A stretch of DNA of 62,556 bases, counting the filler, from Porpidia crustulata (lineage: Eukaryota), in the NCBI GenBank assembly GCA_964255105.1. It is 10 parts of 10 records of this genome, joined end to end, with 100 filler letters (N's around TTAATTAATTAA, not from the genome) between each part and the next. Parts side by side here need not be neighbours in the genome. Positions count along the whole stretch, not along the records: positions 25,078 to 31,244 come from CAXUWE010001617.1; positions 31,345 to 37,510 come from CAXUWE010001618.1; positions 37,611 to 43,774 come from CAXUWE010001619.1; 7 more parts are not named here. One strand, written 5' to 3'. Positions within the stretch are counted from its first letter, which is position 1; the number at the start of each line of letters is the position of its first letter. Under the pieces are notes generated by a model. That model ran no database searches. It worked only from the letters and a program-made list of their open reading frames with translations, and was not told the origin of the DNA. The position numbers and the translations under genes are program-made. Below, one piece after another: positions 25,078 to 38,308 of this stretch.

Positions 25078-25661
25078 CCCCTAGCTCCACTATTTCGGAG
25101 GAAATGTCCTCCATTATCGTCCCTCTCCTGGAATCCTTCGACTACTGCAAGTACCCATTATCCTCGAAATTGTAGGGCAAACAAACCCGATCACCCCGTC
25201 CACCACCGTGTGCCTCTAGAAAACAATGATCCGATCCCTCAGGCCAATGTGGAGATCCTAATGCGGGTGGAGGACACCTGCGACCTGTGAACTTAATCAC
25301 AGCAGCCTACGTTATCGATAGTGTAAGGCGACGCGACCGAGAACGGAAGCGCGTGCAGGAGACGTTGCTTATTTGAGCGTCTCTCGGCAGCTGGCAGGTT
25401 GTCGAATGCGGTCAAGGTTTCGTGTGGGGGTTGGCAAGTCGGAACGGGGCGGGTGGTGGTTGCTTTACCCCATGTAGTGGTAATGCTGGATGGATGATGG
25501 ATGCTGCCATTATGGCGATCTATTGCATCAACAAAATGTATTTACTTCTTTTATGCCGTCTATGTACGTTTTAACGCCATTTATCCCGTTTTCTGCAGAA
25601 CGCCTTTCGCTGTCTACAGAAATGATACCCTCTGTTCGTACCCGCGTATCACGCTCCCGTC

Positions 25662-26928
25662 CTATCGAAAGACGGACTCATTATTTCGCTCTTTTGTCAG
25701 CGTCGGTGGTTTCGGGAAATCTAGAATGGGCCATGCGGGCATAAATTCTGCATGGTGGGCTTTTTCCAGGTCCTGCTCTGTGCTGACGCAGAACTCCGTC
25801 GTCTTTGTGATGCTTTTGCCGTCCATGGGTGTCAGGTGCCCTTTGCGGCTAGTGTAGTCCACCAGAGAAGGCTTTTGCTGCGGTGTATTTCTCTCAGAAC
25901 CATAGATCTTGAGGAAAGAGCGCCGACTTGACCGTCCGCTTGATGCACCGTTCGCGGTTGCCGCTGTAAGGACTCTGCTGAAAAGTGGTTTCAACGCAGG
26001 GGCCGATGCAAGAATGATCCCGAGTAGATGCTCTATGACCGTGCAAATGGCTGGCTTAGTTATGCTCCAGGTATAATCCTTTGCGAAAACTTCTCGCAAG
26101 ACGATTGCCTTCGCGATGGCGCAACTCCCGGTAACAGCCGCAAGGCCCATAACACAGCATAGAGCCACCTTCGTCCTCTCGTTTAATTTTAGCTGGCGAA
26201 TAACAAATATAGGTATGCCGGCGCAAATTAAATCCGTAAAAGCATCAAGGCCTTCCGTTGAGACAATATGTCAGCCAACGTTCTCGGTATTTCTTATTGA
26301 GGCGACTTACCAAATCCAATGTAGCCAGCGAGATATGTGACGTGGGGAGAGAAGCACTTGCCAGGGATGCGCGGGTCCCAAATAGCTGCCATGGGCCTGC
26401 ACTGGATAAAGAATAAGAGAATTTGCGCGAAGTGACTAGCCGAGACGAAAGCAATGAGGACCCATAGGAATATGTTCAGTGCCTTCCTCCCTCTATCAAT
26501 GAGTCGAAGAACACATAGACACACGGAGACTTTGACAAGTCCGATACCGATATTGTTGACAATCTGTGCCATGATACTCCATCTGACGGTTGCAGGGATT
26601 TTTTCTTTTGGTAGACAGTAAATATGTCGACCAACCCCCGCGAATATCAGCTCAGTCAGGAAAACTGTGCCGATGATAGCGGCAATCTGGGAAGATGTTA
26701 GCATTGTATCTGAACCTGGATATTTGGTGTGTGGCATGTAGGGTCACGTACCAGACTGGCGATGATTGTATAATCATCTCCCCTTATGCCATTCCGTAGA
26801 CCAAGTCTGAAGTAAAGCCGAAGAGACACCGCAATAATGGCAACAGATAGTAGTGCCCAGCTTAGGGTCAGGAGCATTGTCTGCTGGCTCTCATTGCACT
26901 TGAGATATAATGCTGACGAGTCCGCCAT
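25662..26928 (-). CDS. PTH11-like / SAT4-family rhodopsin-domain integral membrane protein (no CFEM), 3 exons
   Basis: AVSLRLYFR...DDYTIIASL, GVGRHI, IGLVKVSVCLCVLRL, QCRPMAAIWDP...GKC, DLICAGIPIFVIRQL, IEHLLGIILASAPALKPLF. Confidence 0.88.
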
Positions 26929-29900
26929 GGCGCTGAAGATATCGATGAAGGAGACAATTATGAGTTATGTTAGCTGGGTTGGAGGGCCTATGACATTACG
27001 CTCGGCAGCTTCAGGTGGGGCTTGGTTTCAGCAAGCACGAGATCGTGTGTTCCCAGCAGAAGATTGCCTTCATATATCACTTCGTAGACCTTCAAGGGTG
27101 TCCGAAATATGCGGACGGACAATCGAAGAGGTATTAAATCAGAGTTTCAAGACGATACCGCAGTTTCAATATTGAAAGCCTATGAAAGAAGAGTCTAGAA
27201 ATGGTTAAAATATTCGAGGGTAAGAAATAAATGGTTGAAGGCACGCGGCATGTCTCCCTCTATGCAGAATTGATGTTGTGAAATCTGAGAATTACAAGGA
27301 TGCTCGAGTGTTGTTCTTATCAGACAGGGAAATGGAGTCTACCATGTGAGTACCCGCAGGCGTGGGAAAGGATCCCTCTTCCCAGGAACATTGCCAGTTC
27401 CTGCATGTCCCACAGGCCACAGGGCTATTGCCTTCGACAAGGGTTTACCCAGATCCTTCCCTCGAGACATCGTGCGGCGGCAGAATGCTCAGACTCTGCT
27501 ATACAGGGCTACGATGTAGACTGTCGATTTCTTGACTACCAATAATCTGTCGAGGCAACAAAAGCGTATCTTAGCACGTAGATGTTGCGGAAGCATCCGT
27601 ATTGGACGCTCCCTCGGGAACGGATCCAAGCGTTATCCAACAGAGGGTGAGAGATGCATGCTTGCTATTGGGTAGAGTGCGCTTGACAGCCAGATCGATA
27701 CGCCACTACCGACATGGCGAATTCTAACTTTGAGCTTCTAACTTCTGGCTTCTCAGCAATGGTAGGGGCGTGTAACCTGGACCTGCTGTGGTCCCGATCG
27801 GTGTGACGGAAACAGCGATTGGAAGTCGTGGCTGACCTTCTGTCTGTCATCTTTTTCCGATTCAAGAGTTGGGTTCTAGCTCAGAGACACGTTGTATGCG
27901 ACAACCATGGACGTATGATGGTTAAAGTTCAAGAGGTGCATGATGCCACCGCGACCCAAGTATCCAAAAGAGAGAGATGCCAAGCCGTCGAGTTTCGCGC
28001 AGGCGCCAGTCCTAGGACCATACATACCTACCTTAGATGTCTGGGTAAGCAATTATAAGAGAAATCGATTGGCGATAACCACAACGACTGGAACGCATAA
28101 TTGTGTTACTGCCGCACATCTTCGGTTGTGGGTGACGACAAGACCATTTCGGCTGCTGCAGATATTGTGAGGATGCTAAAGGCAGGCATTGGAGGCCATT
28201 CACACAATTCCCTCGAATAGCAACTCCATAAATCTATATGAGAGAAGTCCGATTGAGGCTTTACTGCAAGGTTCAATCATATTGCTATTCTTTGGTCGCA
28301 CAAGAAAAATTTGGCGAGGCCATATGTCTGACGTCTCTCCTTTGATTTTGCGACCATCAGTCACCGTCAACCTTAGGTGTCGCTCTTGTTCATCTTGTGC
28401 ATATTCGATGCCTATCTATTCCTGCTTAAAGTTCGTACAACCCTGGCTTCCCCTCCCCCAAATCGTCTCATTCCCTGCTTTTGGAGTCGATATCGTAGTG
28501 AAAGAATGAATCAGTATTTATAACTCCACTACGTGCGATCCATATTAAGAAGCCAGCGCATTTCAACATAAGTGGGCAAGGCTGAGCAGACTTTCTTACC
28601 TTACTATTAAAACTATAGCTCCAGTCATACGGAGTTGAGATGCATCGCAAAGTCGTAAGTAGGATCTTCGATGCCACTCAGAGTAGCTGTAAGAATGCTT
28701 CGATCATCCTGAAGACTGACATAATAAATTCACTATTTTACTTTCCAATATTCCGTCCGACTTATACTTAGCCACGCAAATTGTATGATGTCTAATTTTC
28801 TTCTCGATGGTCTCAATGATAAATGGGGTTTTCCTCGTTACATGAATCAAACTCCTGCTAACGGATGGCTCTTTTGCCATACTCTTTAATTTGTCTGTTA
28901 CAATTCTCTGACTGTTTCTCACTGCTTCCATGTATTCTCTCTTACATGATGCCAATCAGTACTTCACAAGTCGTATCTAATGCCATATTGATGGACATGA
29001 TTGTGCACTTTTATTCTGCTCCTTGGCGACTGATATATCATATCGATAGGATGAGTCCTTCTACGGGCTTGATTTGTGAGAGATACTTCTATTGTCCTTC
29101 AAACTCCAATCCCGCAATTGAGCGGCTCAAAATATCTTGTCCAACTCTTGTACAAACGTTGTCCCTGGTCCTTGATGCATTGCACCCCTAAAATTTCCAC
29201 AAGATTTCTTGATTCGCCGCTTCTTATTCTGCTTGTATATCACCGACACAGAACTTACTTGAGATCGCCCAGCTTTTTCACGACCCGGTCTGCGTTGCCA
29301 ACAATGCAAGGTAGGAGGTATCGCACTTCAGGAAGATATATTACTTACGAAGTACCGTTAGCGTTACTGACGCTGAATGCTCAACAAGTCGATCTGGAGA
29401 GATATTTCCGCTCGTGAGAGAAGCATCTTCGAAGCCCTGCACTATGTCTGCTGTATCCAGTCTTTCAATTTGCTTGTCGGTGGTCAATGTATTTTATCAA
29501 TGACTTGCCACAAAATCGCAAGCTTCTTGTTTCAAGAGCAGAAAAAACTTGTATGTCTAGAGGTGGATCGATGAAAGGTGTGTACGTTTTATGGATTGCA
29601 GCAAGAGGTAGGCAGATTCTTTGATTGCTAAGATCATTGTTACACATGCCGTTGAGTTGTGTTAAGTCTGCGCTAAAAATGTAGATGAATGTCACACATA
29701 TTTGGAAAAGAAATCCGAATCTAGCGTCTAGCAAATACCAAGGAAGTTTCTATAAAGAGATAGCTGGAGTAGCAGAAAGTTATGAGGCCAGATGTCGAGC
29801 AAGTAAAGAAGACTTCTTAGGTCACTACACAACTACTTCTATCTACAATTGACTCTAGTATCATACACAGCGGACGATATTGGTAACCTAATCAAGGTCT

Positions 29901-30370
29901 TGAGGCAGGTCGTGCTGTATAAGGTAGCTTTGTCTAGAACTTGACACCCGTGACACCGTGGATCCCATTTTTGAACCTCCGCCGGCGCCAAGCTCCCCTA
30001 AGAATTACACAGCAGACTGGTAGTGTATAACTTCTAGCACACGAAGTACAAGAGCAGTCCCGGTCACCATCGTCACATTCTCGTCACCTGAGTAGGTATG
30101 GCGGAGCAGCTAATGGAGAAATATACCCGGCCATCGGGCTACATTACTCATTCATGTCTGGGCACATGCATAAACATGATTCTAGGCGCCAATTCTCGCT
30201 TCTGTGCCTAATTAAGCAGTAAACATAGACTTTTGCTTGTGATATTATGTCATGGCTCTTTATTGACAGATCGAGTGGCTGGAGAGTAAACGATCCGCTA
30301 CTCATATGGCGTAGTCTTTAGCGTTCGTTGTAGCAGCCGATTCTAGCTCAAGTTTCTTGTTTGCGTTTCC

Positions 30371-30385
30371 GACGTCATGGAGGGG
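30371..30385 (+). promoter_or_regulatory. CRE-like (GACGTCAT) site adjacent to an STRE (AGGGG) upstream of HSP12
   Basis: GACGTCAT at 30371-30378 and AGGGG at 30381-30385, about 140 bp before the ATG. Confidence 0.45.
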
Positions 30386-30518
30386 CTAAGTGAGTAGGTG
30401 GGGTTCGTTGGGGTATTTATTTACCTCAACATGTCCAGCCCACATTTGCAATATTAGTACAGTCCAGCATCAAACACAAAGTTCATACAACACTAAACCA
30501 AAGTACCAATCCGCAACC

Positions 30519-30952
30519 ATGTCCGACACATTCCGTAAAGATGCGCACACCAGTATGTGAATCTGCTATAGTTAAGGCGACTAGCCATCTGCTAATGCAA
30601 TATAGAGATGGGCGAGAAGATGACTCCAGACTCAACCAAGTCAACGCAACAGAAGTTAAAGGAAGGCATTACGGACACCATGGATAAGACCGCTCGGTAT
30701 GCATCTTCTCCCTCGACCCCCCGGCATTGCCCGCCGTCTAATTTGAGCACTAGTGGTGTACAGCCAGATCATGACAAGTCGGCCAGTCAATCTATGATGG
30801 ACAAGACTGGGCGTGCCTCTGACCGCGAGGTCCACGGTAGCACTGCTGAGAGCATGTACGTTGATGGATACATTTATATGGAAGCTCACTGCTAACATTT
30901 CGGAAGCGGCGATAAATTCAAGGGCGCCCTCGGCATGGATAAGCACCACTAG
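30519..30952 (+). CDS. HSP12: Hsp12/Hsp9-family small stress protein, 4 exons
   Basis: MSDTFRKDAHT/KMGEKMTPDSTKSTQQKLKEGITDTMDKTAR/GVQPDHDKSASQSMMDKTGRASDREVHGSTAES/IGDKFKGALGMDKHH*. Confidence 0.88.
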
Positions 30953-31244
30953 GTATTCTCTTGGTGCAGGATGTTGACGAAGATGGAGTAATGGATATTG
31001 ATACCAGTACGGGACTTTGATTTGGCCTAGAGCCATATTAGCAATGGCAATTGAGATTACTATCATATCGATCATCTACGCGTGAGACCTAAGTGTTGGA
31101 CGATCCCCCCGCATGCTTGTATTCAATTCAAACACTACCTGTCACTCCACAAAGAAACTACCTATACTTGGATATCAAATAGTATTTATAGGGTCCCACT
31201 AACCGTACACCCTCTTTGCCTACTCGTACACCCCCCCAAATGGG

Positions 31245-31344
31245 NNNNNNNNNNNNNNNNNNNNNNNNNNNNNNNNNNNNNNNNNNNNTTAATTAATTAA
31301 NNNNNNNNNNNNNNNNNNNNNNNNNNNNNNNNNNNNNNNNNNNN
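31245..31344. other. Artificial contig spacer
   Basis: N44-TTAATTAATTAA-N44. Confidence 0.99.
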
Positions 31345-31464
31345 GTTGTGGGGAGGAGGGTTTCGTGGATGAGCGCGTTGCAGATATTGAAGGGGGGGAA
31401 TTAGTGGTACTGAAAGGTCTAGATTATATGCTATGTACATTGACACATGGCTTGTTATCTCCCT

Positions 31465-32536
31465 TTACCACGAAGAATGGCCGCCGTCCATCCTCAGGTC
31501 TGAGCCGGTCATGAACGAACTTGCGTCCGAGATCAGGAACACCGCCGCCCCTCTGTACTCCTCCGGTCTGCTTAACCTTCCCAACATGTTTTGCTCCGGC
31601 CACTCCGTCTTTCGCTCCGGATATCGAAGGAATAATTCCTCCACCATGGCAGTGACGATATAGCCGGGCGAGATGGTGTTGACTCTGATGCCATGTTCTC
31701 CCCATTCCGATGCAAGGTTTTTGGCTAGTTGGATGACACCGGCTTTGGAGGCGTTGTATACGGGACAAATGAGACCCTTGAGTTGTGAGCATGAGCTAGA
31801 CATGTCGACGGTGTGGGATAAAAGGAAATACCCGGTTTGCGACGGTGCCGCTCATCGACGCTATTAGGGCAATGCTTCCCCCGCTGCCGAAATTTATCAT
31901 CTGCTTCGCTACTGCTTGGGCCGTCATGAAAACGCCTGTGATGTTGATCTCCAACATCATATTGGCATCCTTGGCAGTGTATTCCAACGCCGTAGTTTCC
32001 TGCTGGATACCAGCCGCTGCAATCAGCCCGTCCATCCGTCCATGCTTCTCCCCTATGTCACCAACAATTCGATTCAGCCCTTCAACATCTCGTACGTCTA
32101 TTTGCCGGTAATGGAAGGTCGTGCCCAATTCTTCTGCTGCCTTTTTCTGCACGCGGTAGAAATCGGGAGATGGCTCTGCGAGGCGATCGAGCGCATAGAC
32201 GGTGGCCCCTGCCTCAAGGAGGGCTTCTGCTTGTGTGAGTCCTAACCCCCGAGCTGCACCAGAGACGAGGACAACTTTGTCTGTAAGACTGAACTCTGGC
32301 ATCCGTTTCGTCGTCCCCAGAAAATTAGGCGACTTAGTATTACTATGGAGGTTATCTGCGTCTTCACGGGGAGCGTCTGGAAGACCACGGCCTGGGGTTT
32401 GTGAATCTTTCCCGAGGGACGTCCTTTGTGTGGTTGAAAGCGGCCGCATTACACAACGGCTTATTAAGGAAGCTCTCATGCAAGGAAACAAGGCCCCTCG
32501 GATGGTAGGCATGGCCCAAGGTAGCTGGCGCAGCAT
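31465..32536 (-). CDS. Short-chain dehydrogenase/reductase, D-arabinitol 2-dehydrogenase / sorbose reductase-like
   Basis: VLVSGAARGLG, IASMSGTVANR/GLICPVYNASKAGV (YxxxK), NTISPGYIVT, ASSFMTGSDLRMDGG. One intron at about 31831-31780. Confidence 0.88.
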
Positions 32537-33529
32537 CTTGAGATTGCTGTATTTGAATAGCTTCTAGATTGTGGTTCGAAGGAGATATTTGAGATACTTG
32601 ACAATCGACTGTTTTGGATTAGGTATTCATAAAGGCATCACAAACGTCCATCATTATTGTATATAGGAGATAATAAAACTAGACGAAGAATTGAGAGCGT
32701 CAGGCTCGACTGGGGTCGATTGAGGAACGGAAATTGTTCGAAGTAGCTGCAAAGGCATGCGGTGTTTGGATCCTAACATGGGAAACATTCCCATATGGTT
32801 TCCGAAATAACATTAGGCAATATGGCGTAAGCCGTTGCATGTGGCCGGGTGGGATTGCCTCAGTCCCTTAGACGTGCCGCCCCGTGAGCTGCGCCAGCCC
32901 GAAGGATCTTAGCAGTGCCTGGAGACCACCCGGAAGCCCCAGTGAGTTAGGCTATGGTACCACCTCAATCCAACATTTCAAGCAATTTTAGGTAGCTCAG
33001 CCGCCTAAATTAGCGAGATTCCTGGGGGAGCGCTAGAGGCGGGGGTGTATCGATCTTTCAACCGCGTGGCTATGTGGGTTACATCTATCTTGCGGGGGCG
33101 GGGGCGGAACGGCTAAGGGACTAATCCACGTTCTATCTACGTCATTGGCATCATCTTACCAGAAGCTAAGCACCCAGTATAGCTTTGTTTGTTTTGAAAA
33201 CAATTCCAATGATATTTCGTTTGAGCACCTGATTAAATATCTCTTATCAAAAAAATTTGTAGTATCATGGTATTCAGCTATTTTGCCTTACTCATACCCA
33301 TCATCTGTGTCTCTCTTGTGATGAGATGAATATGGCTAGGCTTTGCTAATCGAGCTATGGAGGTGCCCCTCAGTTCGGCCTGATAAGAGCTTTGAATTCA
33401 TTCACTGAGACAGCCCCTCATTAGATAGATTATAATTGCTTTCACCTTGACCATGCAGACCTCACTTTGTCAAATATCACTCTTTTCCTTCAAGCATATT
33501 CGTCCCAGCTTACAAAACGCACAACCACC

Positions 33530-35369
33530 ATGTCAAAACCAAGCTGGGAAGACGTTGCCAAGAAGGCTCAAGAACATCGGGATGCTAGTATCAAGCTTGT
33601 CAAGCCTGCAGTTCCTGATGTTCCGTCTGATTTGCCCTTGAATGTTACGGAGATCCCGAAATCCCTGCTCACCACAGAGGAAGTGACTATTACCGAGACA
33701 GCGGCAGAGGATCTTATATTTTCTCTTGCTTCTGGAAAGCTCAGTAGTACGACCGTGACGAATGCTTTCCTCCGCCGAGCGGCAATTGCTCAACAGCTTG
33801 TTAGTCATTTGTACATGCTTTCGTTTTCAGGAAAGCTAATACTTCAAGGATCTAGGTCAATTGTATTACTGAGCTCCTTCCTAAGAAAGCGTTAGCTAGA
33901 GCCAAGTATCTTGACAATTATTATGAGAAGAATAAGAAGCCTGTTGGACCCTTACACGGTCTCCCTATCAGTGTCAAGGAGCATGTTGGGATGAAAGGTC
34001 TGGGGCTAAACGCTGGATTCGTCAGCTGGTTCGACAAGAAAGGTGCAGACGACGCCCATCTACTCAAGATTCTCTGGAATGCAGGTTGCGTGTTCTATGC
34101 TCGGACAACCCAGCCGCAGACGTTGATGCATTTGGAGACTTCCAGTAATCTCTATGGAGTTACGGTCAATCCATTCAACCGTAATCTTACAGCCGGAGGT
34201 AGTTCTGGCGGAGAAGGTTCCTTGATCGGTTTACGAGGTAGCTGTCTCGGTATAGGGACCGACATCGGCGGATCCATCCGGAGTCCGGCAGCCAATTGTG
34301 GTCTCTATGGTTTCAGACCTACCAGCTACCGGCTTCCCACCGATGGATGGGCTTTGACGATGGATGGAGGGGAGCAAATAGTAGCCGTCATCGGCCCTTT
34401 GAGTACATCGCTAGAGGGAATAAAGCTGTTCATGAAGACGGTGATTGCGGCAAAGCCTTGGCTTGTGGAGTCCTCCTTAATACCCTTTCCCTGGAGAGAT
34501 CAGGAAAGCTACCTGGAGAAAGTAGGGGAAAAGAAATTGAAAGTTGGCGTCATTTGGGACGACGGGGTTGTAAAGCCCCATCCACCAGTAATTCGAGCTC
34601 TCAAGGAGGTGGTGGACAAGCTTAAGGGAGTACAAGGCGTCGAAATAATCAGCTGGAAACCGTACAAGCATGACGAAGCGTGGGAAATCATCGCTAGTCT
34701 GTACTTCTGCGATGGAGGTAGCGAAGAGAAGGAAGCAATTGAGGCATCCGGTGAACCGTATCGGCCATTATCAAATTTTATACTCAAAGACAACCCTCAT
34801 GTCAAACATCATAGCATCGAGGACGTATGGTACTGGACAACGAGACGTGAGAAGTATAGACGAGCTTATGCCAAGGCCTGGAATGATACTGCCATCAACT
34901 CTAACGAATATGGTGAGCCAGAAGGAATGGTTGATGTATTGTTGTGTCCCGTTGGGCCAGGTGCCGCGCCTCCCATCGATCATGCACAGTATTGGGGCTA
35001 CACTAGCCAATGGAATTTGCTAGACTATCCTGCCTTGGTGTTTCCTGTTTCCAAGGTGAACCCGGAAATTGATGTTATAGACAAAGGCTACAAGCCGATG
35101 AACGAGCAAGACGATTTCAACCATAAGCTTTGTTAGTCAAGCATGCGCTTCGTGAATGGGAAAATATGCTAATATGTGTTAGACGATCCCGAAGTATACA
35201 AAGGTGCACCAGTGTCATTGCAGCTCGTCGGACGTAGATACGAAGATGAAAAGGTCGGTGAATGTTTCCAAAGAGGGTTGCATAGAAATCTGACAGAGTA
35301 ACCTAGGTGATTGAAGCAATTGACTTCATCAAAAGCCAAATCAGTCTTCCCTTCGCCACCTTTGTTTGA
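33530..35369 (+). CDS. Amidase-signature family acetamidase (AmdS-like)
   Basis: MSKPSWEDVAKKAQEHRD, GPLHGLPISVKEH, GGSSGGEG, GTDIGGSIRSPA, YTSQWNLLDYPALVFP, PVSLQLVGRRYEDEK. 3 introns. Confidence 0.93.
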
Positions 35370-36199
35370 GGATGATCAATCTCAGGTGGCCTTCACCTAG
35401 AGTAACTTCATAGGATTTACCCATTGACTAGTTGGTATGGCTGGAAATTCCATGGCTTTAGATATCTGCCTCAGGATCCTCAGAACTTGGTCTAGCATAG
35501 ATACAGAGCTCGACATGAAGCTCGTCCATAATTTATCAACCTGGACCCATTGTGCGAAAATGACACATTGTAGCTGCATCAAGGGCTATCCGTAGAGCTC
35601 AGTGAAACAGTAGCTAAACAAGGCATCGACAACGTGGAATGTGAAGCCTCATCCTGACTCCAAACCGCCTTAGCCGCTTGCCATTCCGACGTCATTCAAA
35701 CATTCGTACAACAAGTAGGCTGTGAGGCTGCTACATGGCCTTTAGAGTAGTCGTTCAAGAGCCATCGAGACTCAAGTGCTAGTGTGCGTGACACGTTTCG
35801 GTTCTAATTGTCTGCGGCAGTTGATCAGCGGTTCCTGCAGGAACAGCACGGAAAGTGTCATAGTACACAGCCACACAGCCTGCAGCGCCGCAGTAGCGTC
35901 GTCATCGTGCAATGAATGTAGCCACGCTTAAATTCAAGATCATAATATGAATACATGGTGGAATACTCTCCTAACGTGAGTTTCAATGTACCGTATCACT
36001 CTGATGATTAGGGATAAGAGTGCTCTTAAAGTTCTTCTATGTGTTCCGCTTTCCGTCATTTAGTCTGGGAGGCACAATCTAAACCATTTCCTGAAACACA
36101 GCATCTGACACTACTCTGACTTACTTTCTCTCTCTATTTCTCTCTTCTTGTGTCTGTATCTGTCCATTCCTGTTCGTACATACTGCTGTTTAGCTCAAC

Positions 36200-37510
36200 A
36201 TGATTCTTCCGAGGTGCCTGTCGAGCGTGACAGTTCTGCTAGCAGCAGGGGCGTCATCTCATGGTAAACAGTCGTGTCGTCTTGGTTGCGATTTAGGATA
36301 CTAACGTCAACAGCGTTTGGTCTTCCACCCGATTCCTTGACGAGATATGATGCTACTATAGCATTCTCCGCTCTCGAAAGTCGGGCAATTCCCAATGCAC
36401 CAAAAGGCTATACCCCTGTGGGCGACAATTGTCCCTCCAAACGACCCACTATTCGCAGTGCGGCAGGCCTTTCACCAAACGAAACATCATGGCTAGAAAT
36501 ACGGCTCAACAACACAATCACACCCATGCGAGATTTCCTCGCAAGGCTCAACATCAGCGGCTTCGATGCCGCGTTTTACATCACGAATCACGCAAAAAAT
36601 GCAACCGCATTCCCTAACGTTGCTATCGCTGTCAGCGGAGGTGGCTACAGAGCCTTAATGACGGGAGCAGGAGCTGTTCAAGCATTTGATAGCAGGGAAG
36701 AAAATACAACCGCTACTGGTCATCTTGGGGGCCTGCTCCAGTCCGCAACATACCTCGCCGGGTTGAGTGGAGGCAGCTGGCTTGTGGGCAGTATATATGT
36801 CAACAATTTCACAACGGTCTCCACACTACAGAGCAATACCTCATCCACATGGGAGTTCCAGAACTCTATTTTCACTGGTCCAGCTCAGGGCGGTATCCAA
36901 TTACTGAATTCCGCGGACTATTTCAAGAATGTAGAGAATGCTGTTAGCGACAAGAAAGACGCTGGCTTCCCGACATCTGTAACGGATTACTGGGGACGTG
37001 CTCTTTCTTTCCAGCTGATCAATGCGACTGACGGCGGACCTGGCTACACATGGTCCTCTATTGCGCAAGATTCGACCTTTGCCCAGGGTAATGCTCCAAT
37101 GCCAATTATAGTAACCGATGGCCGTGCTCCCGGCGAGCAAGCGATCCCAACTAATACAACAGTCTACGAATTCAATCCGTGGGAGTTTGGAACATTCGAT
37201 CCAACCACTTATGGCTTTGCTCCCCTCGAATATCTAGGTTCCAACTTCTCAAATGGAATTATTCCAGCGAATGGAACATGTGTACGAGGCTTTGATAATG
37301 CCGGATACGTCATGGGCACCTCATCGTCGTTGTTCAATCAATTCCTCCTTCAGGTGAATTCGACCTCGATTCCTACCATAGCAAAGGACTTCGCCACCAA
37401 AATTCTCGGCTCTGTAAGCCAGGCGAACAATGATATTGCCGAGTATCCCAACCCGTTCTACGGTTACCACAACACAACCTCGCTCAACGCTCAATCCCAC
37501 ACTCTATCCC
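36200..37510 (+). CDS. PLB1: Secreted lysophospholipase / phospholipase B, 3'-truncated
   Basis: Signal exon MILPRCLSSVTVLLAAG, then IAVSGGGYRALM, AGLSGGSWLVGS, DYWGRALSFQL, YEFNPWEFG, FDNAGYVMGTSS. Confidence 0.93.
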
Positions 37511-37610
37511 NNNNNNNNNNNNNNNNNNNNNNNNNNNNNNNNNNNNNNNNNNNNTTAATTAATTAANNNNNNNNNNNNNNNNNNNNNNNNNNNNNNNNNN
37601 NNNNNNNNNN
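37511..37610. other. Artificial contig spacer
   Basis: N44-TTAATTAATTAA-N44. Confidence 0.99.
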
Positions 37611-38308
37611 GAATCGGGGTAGGCGACGTTTTGGGGGAAGACGATGGTTTGGAAGATGGTGTCGGTTTTGAGATCGATGCCGATGAGTTTCGCTCCGCCG
37701 TATGTCGCTAGCACCGTGGTTCCAGCTGGAGTTGTCGCTCTGCCCGTGTCTAGAATCCAGAGTCTATCCTTGCCGTCTATGACGACCGACTGGGGACCAA
37801 CGGAATAGTTCTGGTAGTTTGCTCCGGCTCAAAGATTGTAATTCAACGGTATTAGCCTGCCAAAAGGCTCCATTTCTTCAAGGTATATCAAAACTGACTA
37901 GGGGGATTGGTGGTGTAGTTGATGAATCCGCCGGGCGGAGAGTTGAACTCTACGCTCGGGTAGGGCTTCTCGGTCGTACGAGTAGTGAGCTCAGCGACGC
38001 CATATTTGGTGTTGTTGGAGTCGAGGGTGGGGGGATAGTTGCTGAATATTCTGCCAGTAGCTGAGACGGCGATGCCTGGCGGCAAATGAGATTTACTTTC
38101 GACGGAATAGATACAGGGCGGACTAAAAAAATCGCAAGTAGCAACTTGCTCGAATAAACCTACATGATGGGAATTGATCATAGTAGAGATGAACTAATTC
38201 TATGGGAGGACCATAAACTCCTGGATCTGATGCAACTTCTTGGCTTGAGGTTGAGAAAATATGATGACTAAAGATGGTCACAATGAGAATGAGATACTTA
38301 AAAGCCAT
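37611..38308 (-). CDS. Secreted major royal jelly protein / yellow family beta-propeller, 3'-truncated
   Basis: SDPGVYGPPIELVHLYYDQFP, IAVSATGRIFSNYP, PYPSVEFNSPPGG, GANYQNYSVGPQSVVIDGKDRLWILDTGR, YGGAKLIGIDL. Confidence 0.88.

Noticed and set aside
27000..30350. Many short ORFs between the PTH11-like gene and HSP12
   Set aside because: No recognisable domains or consistent splice structure. Treated as intergenic, although a decayed gene cannot be excluded.
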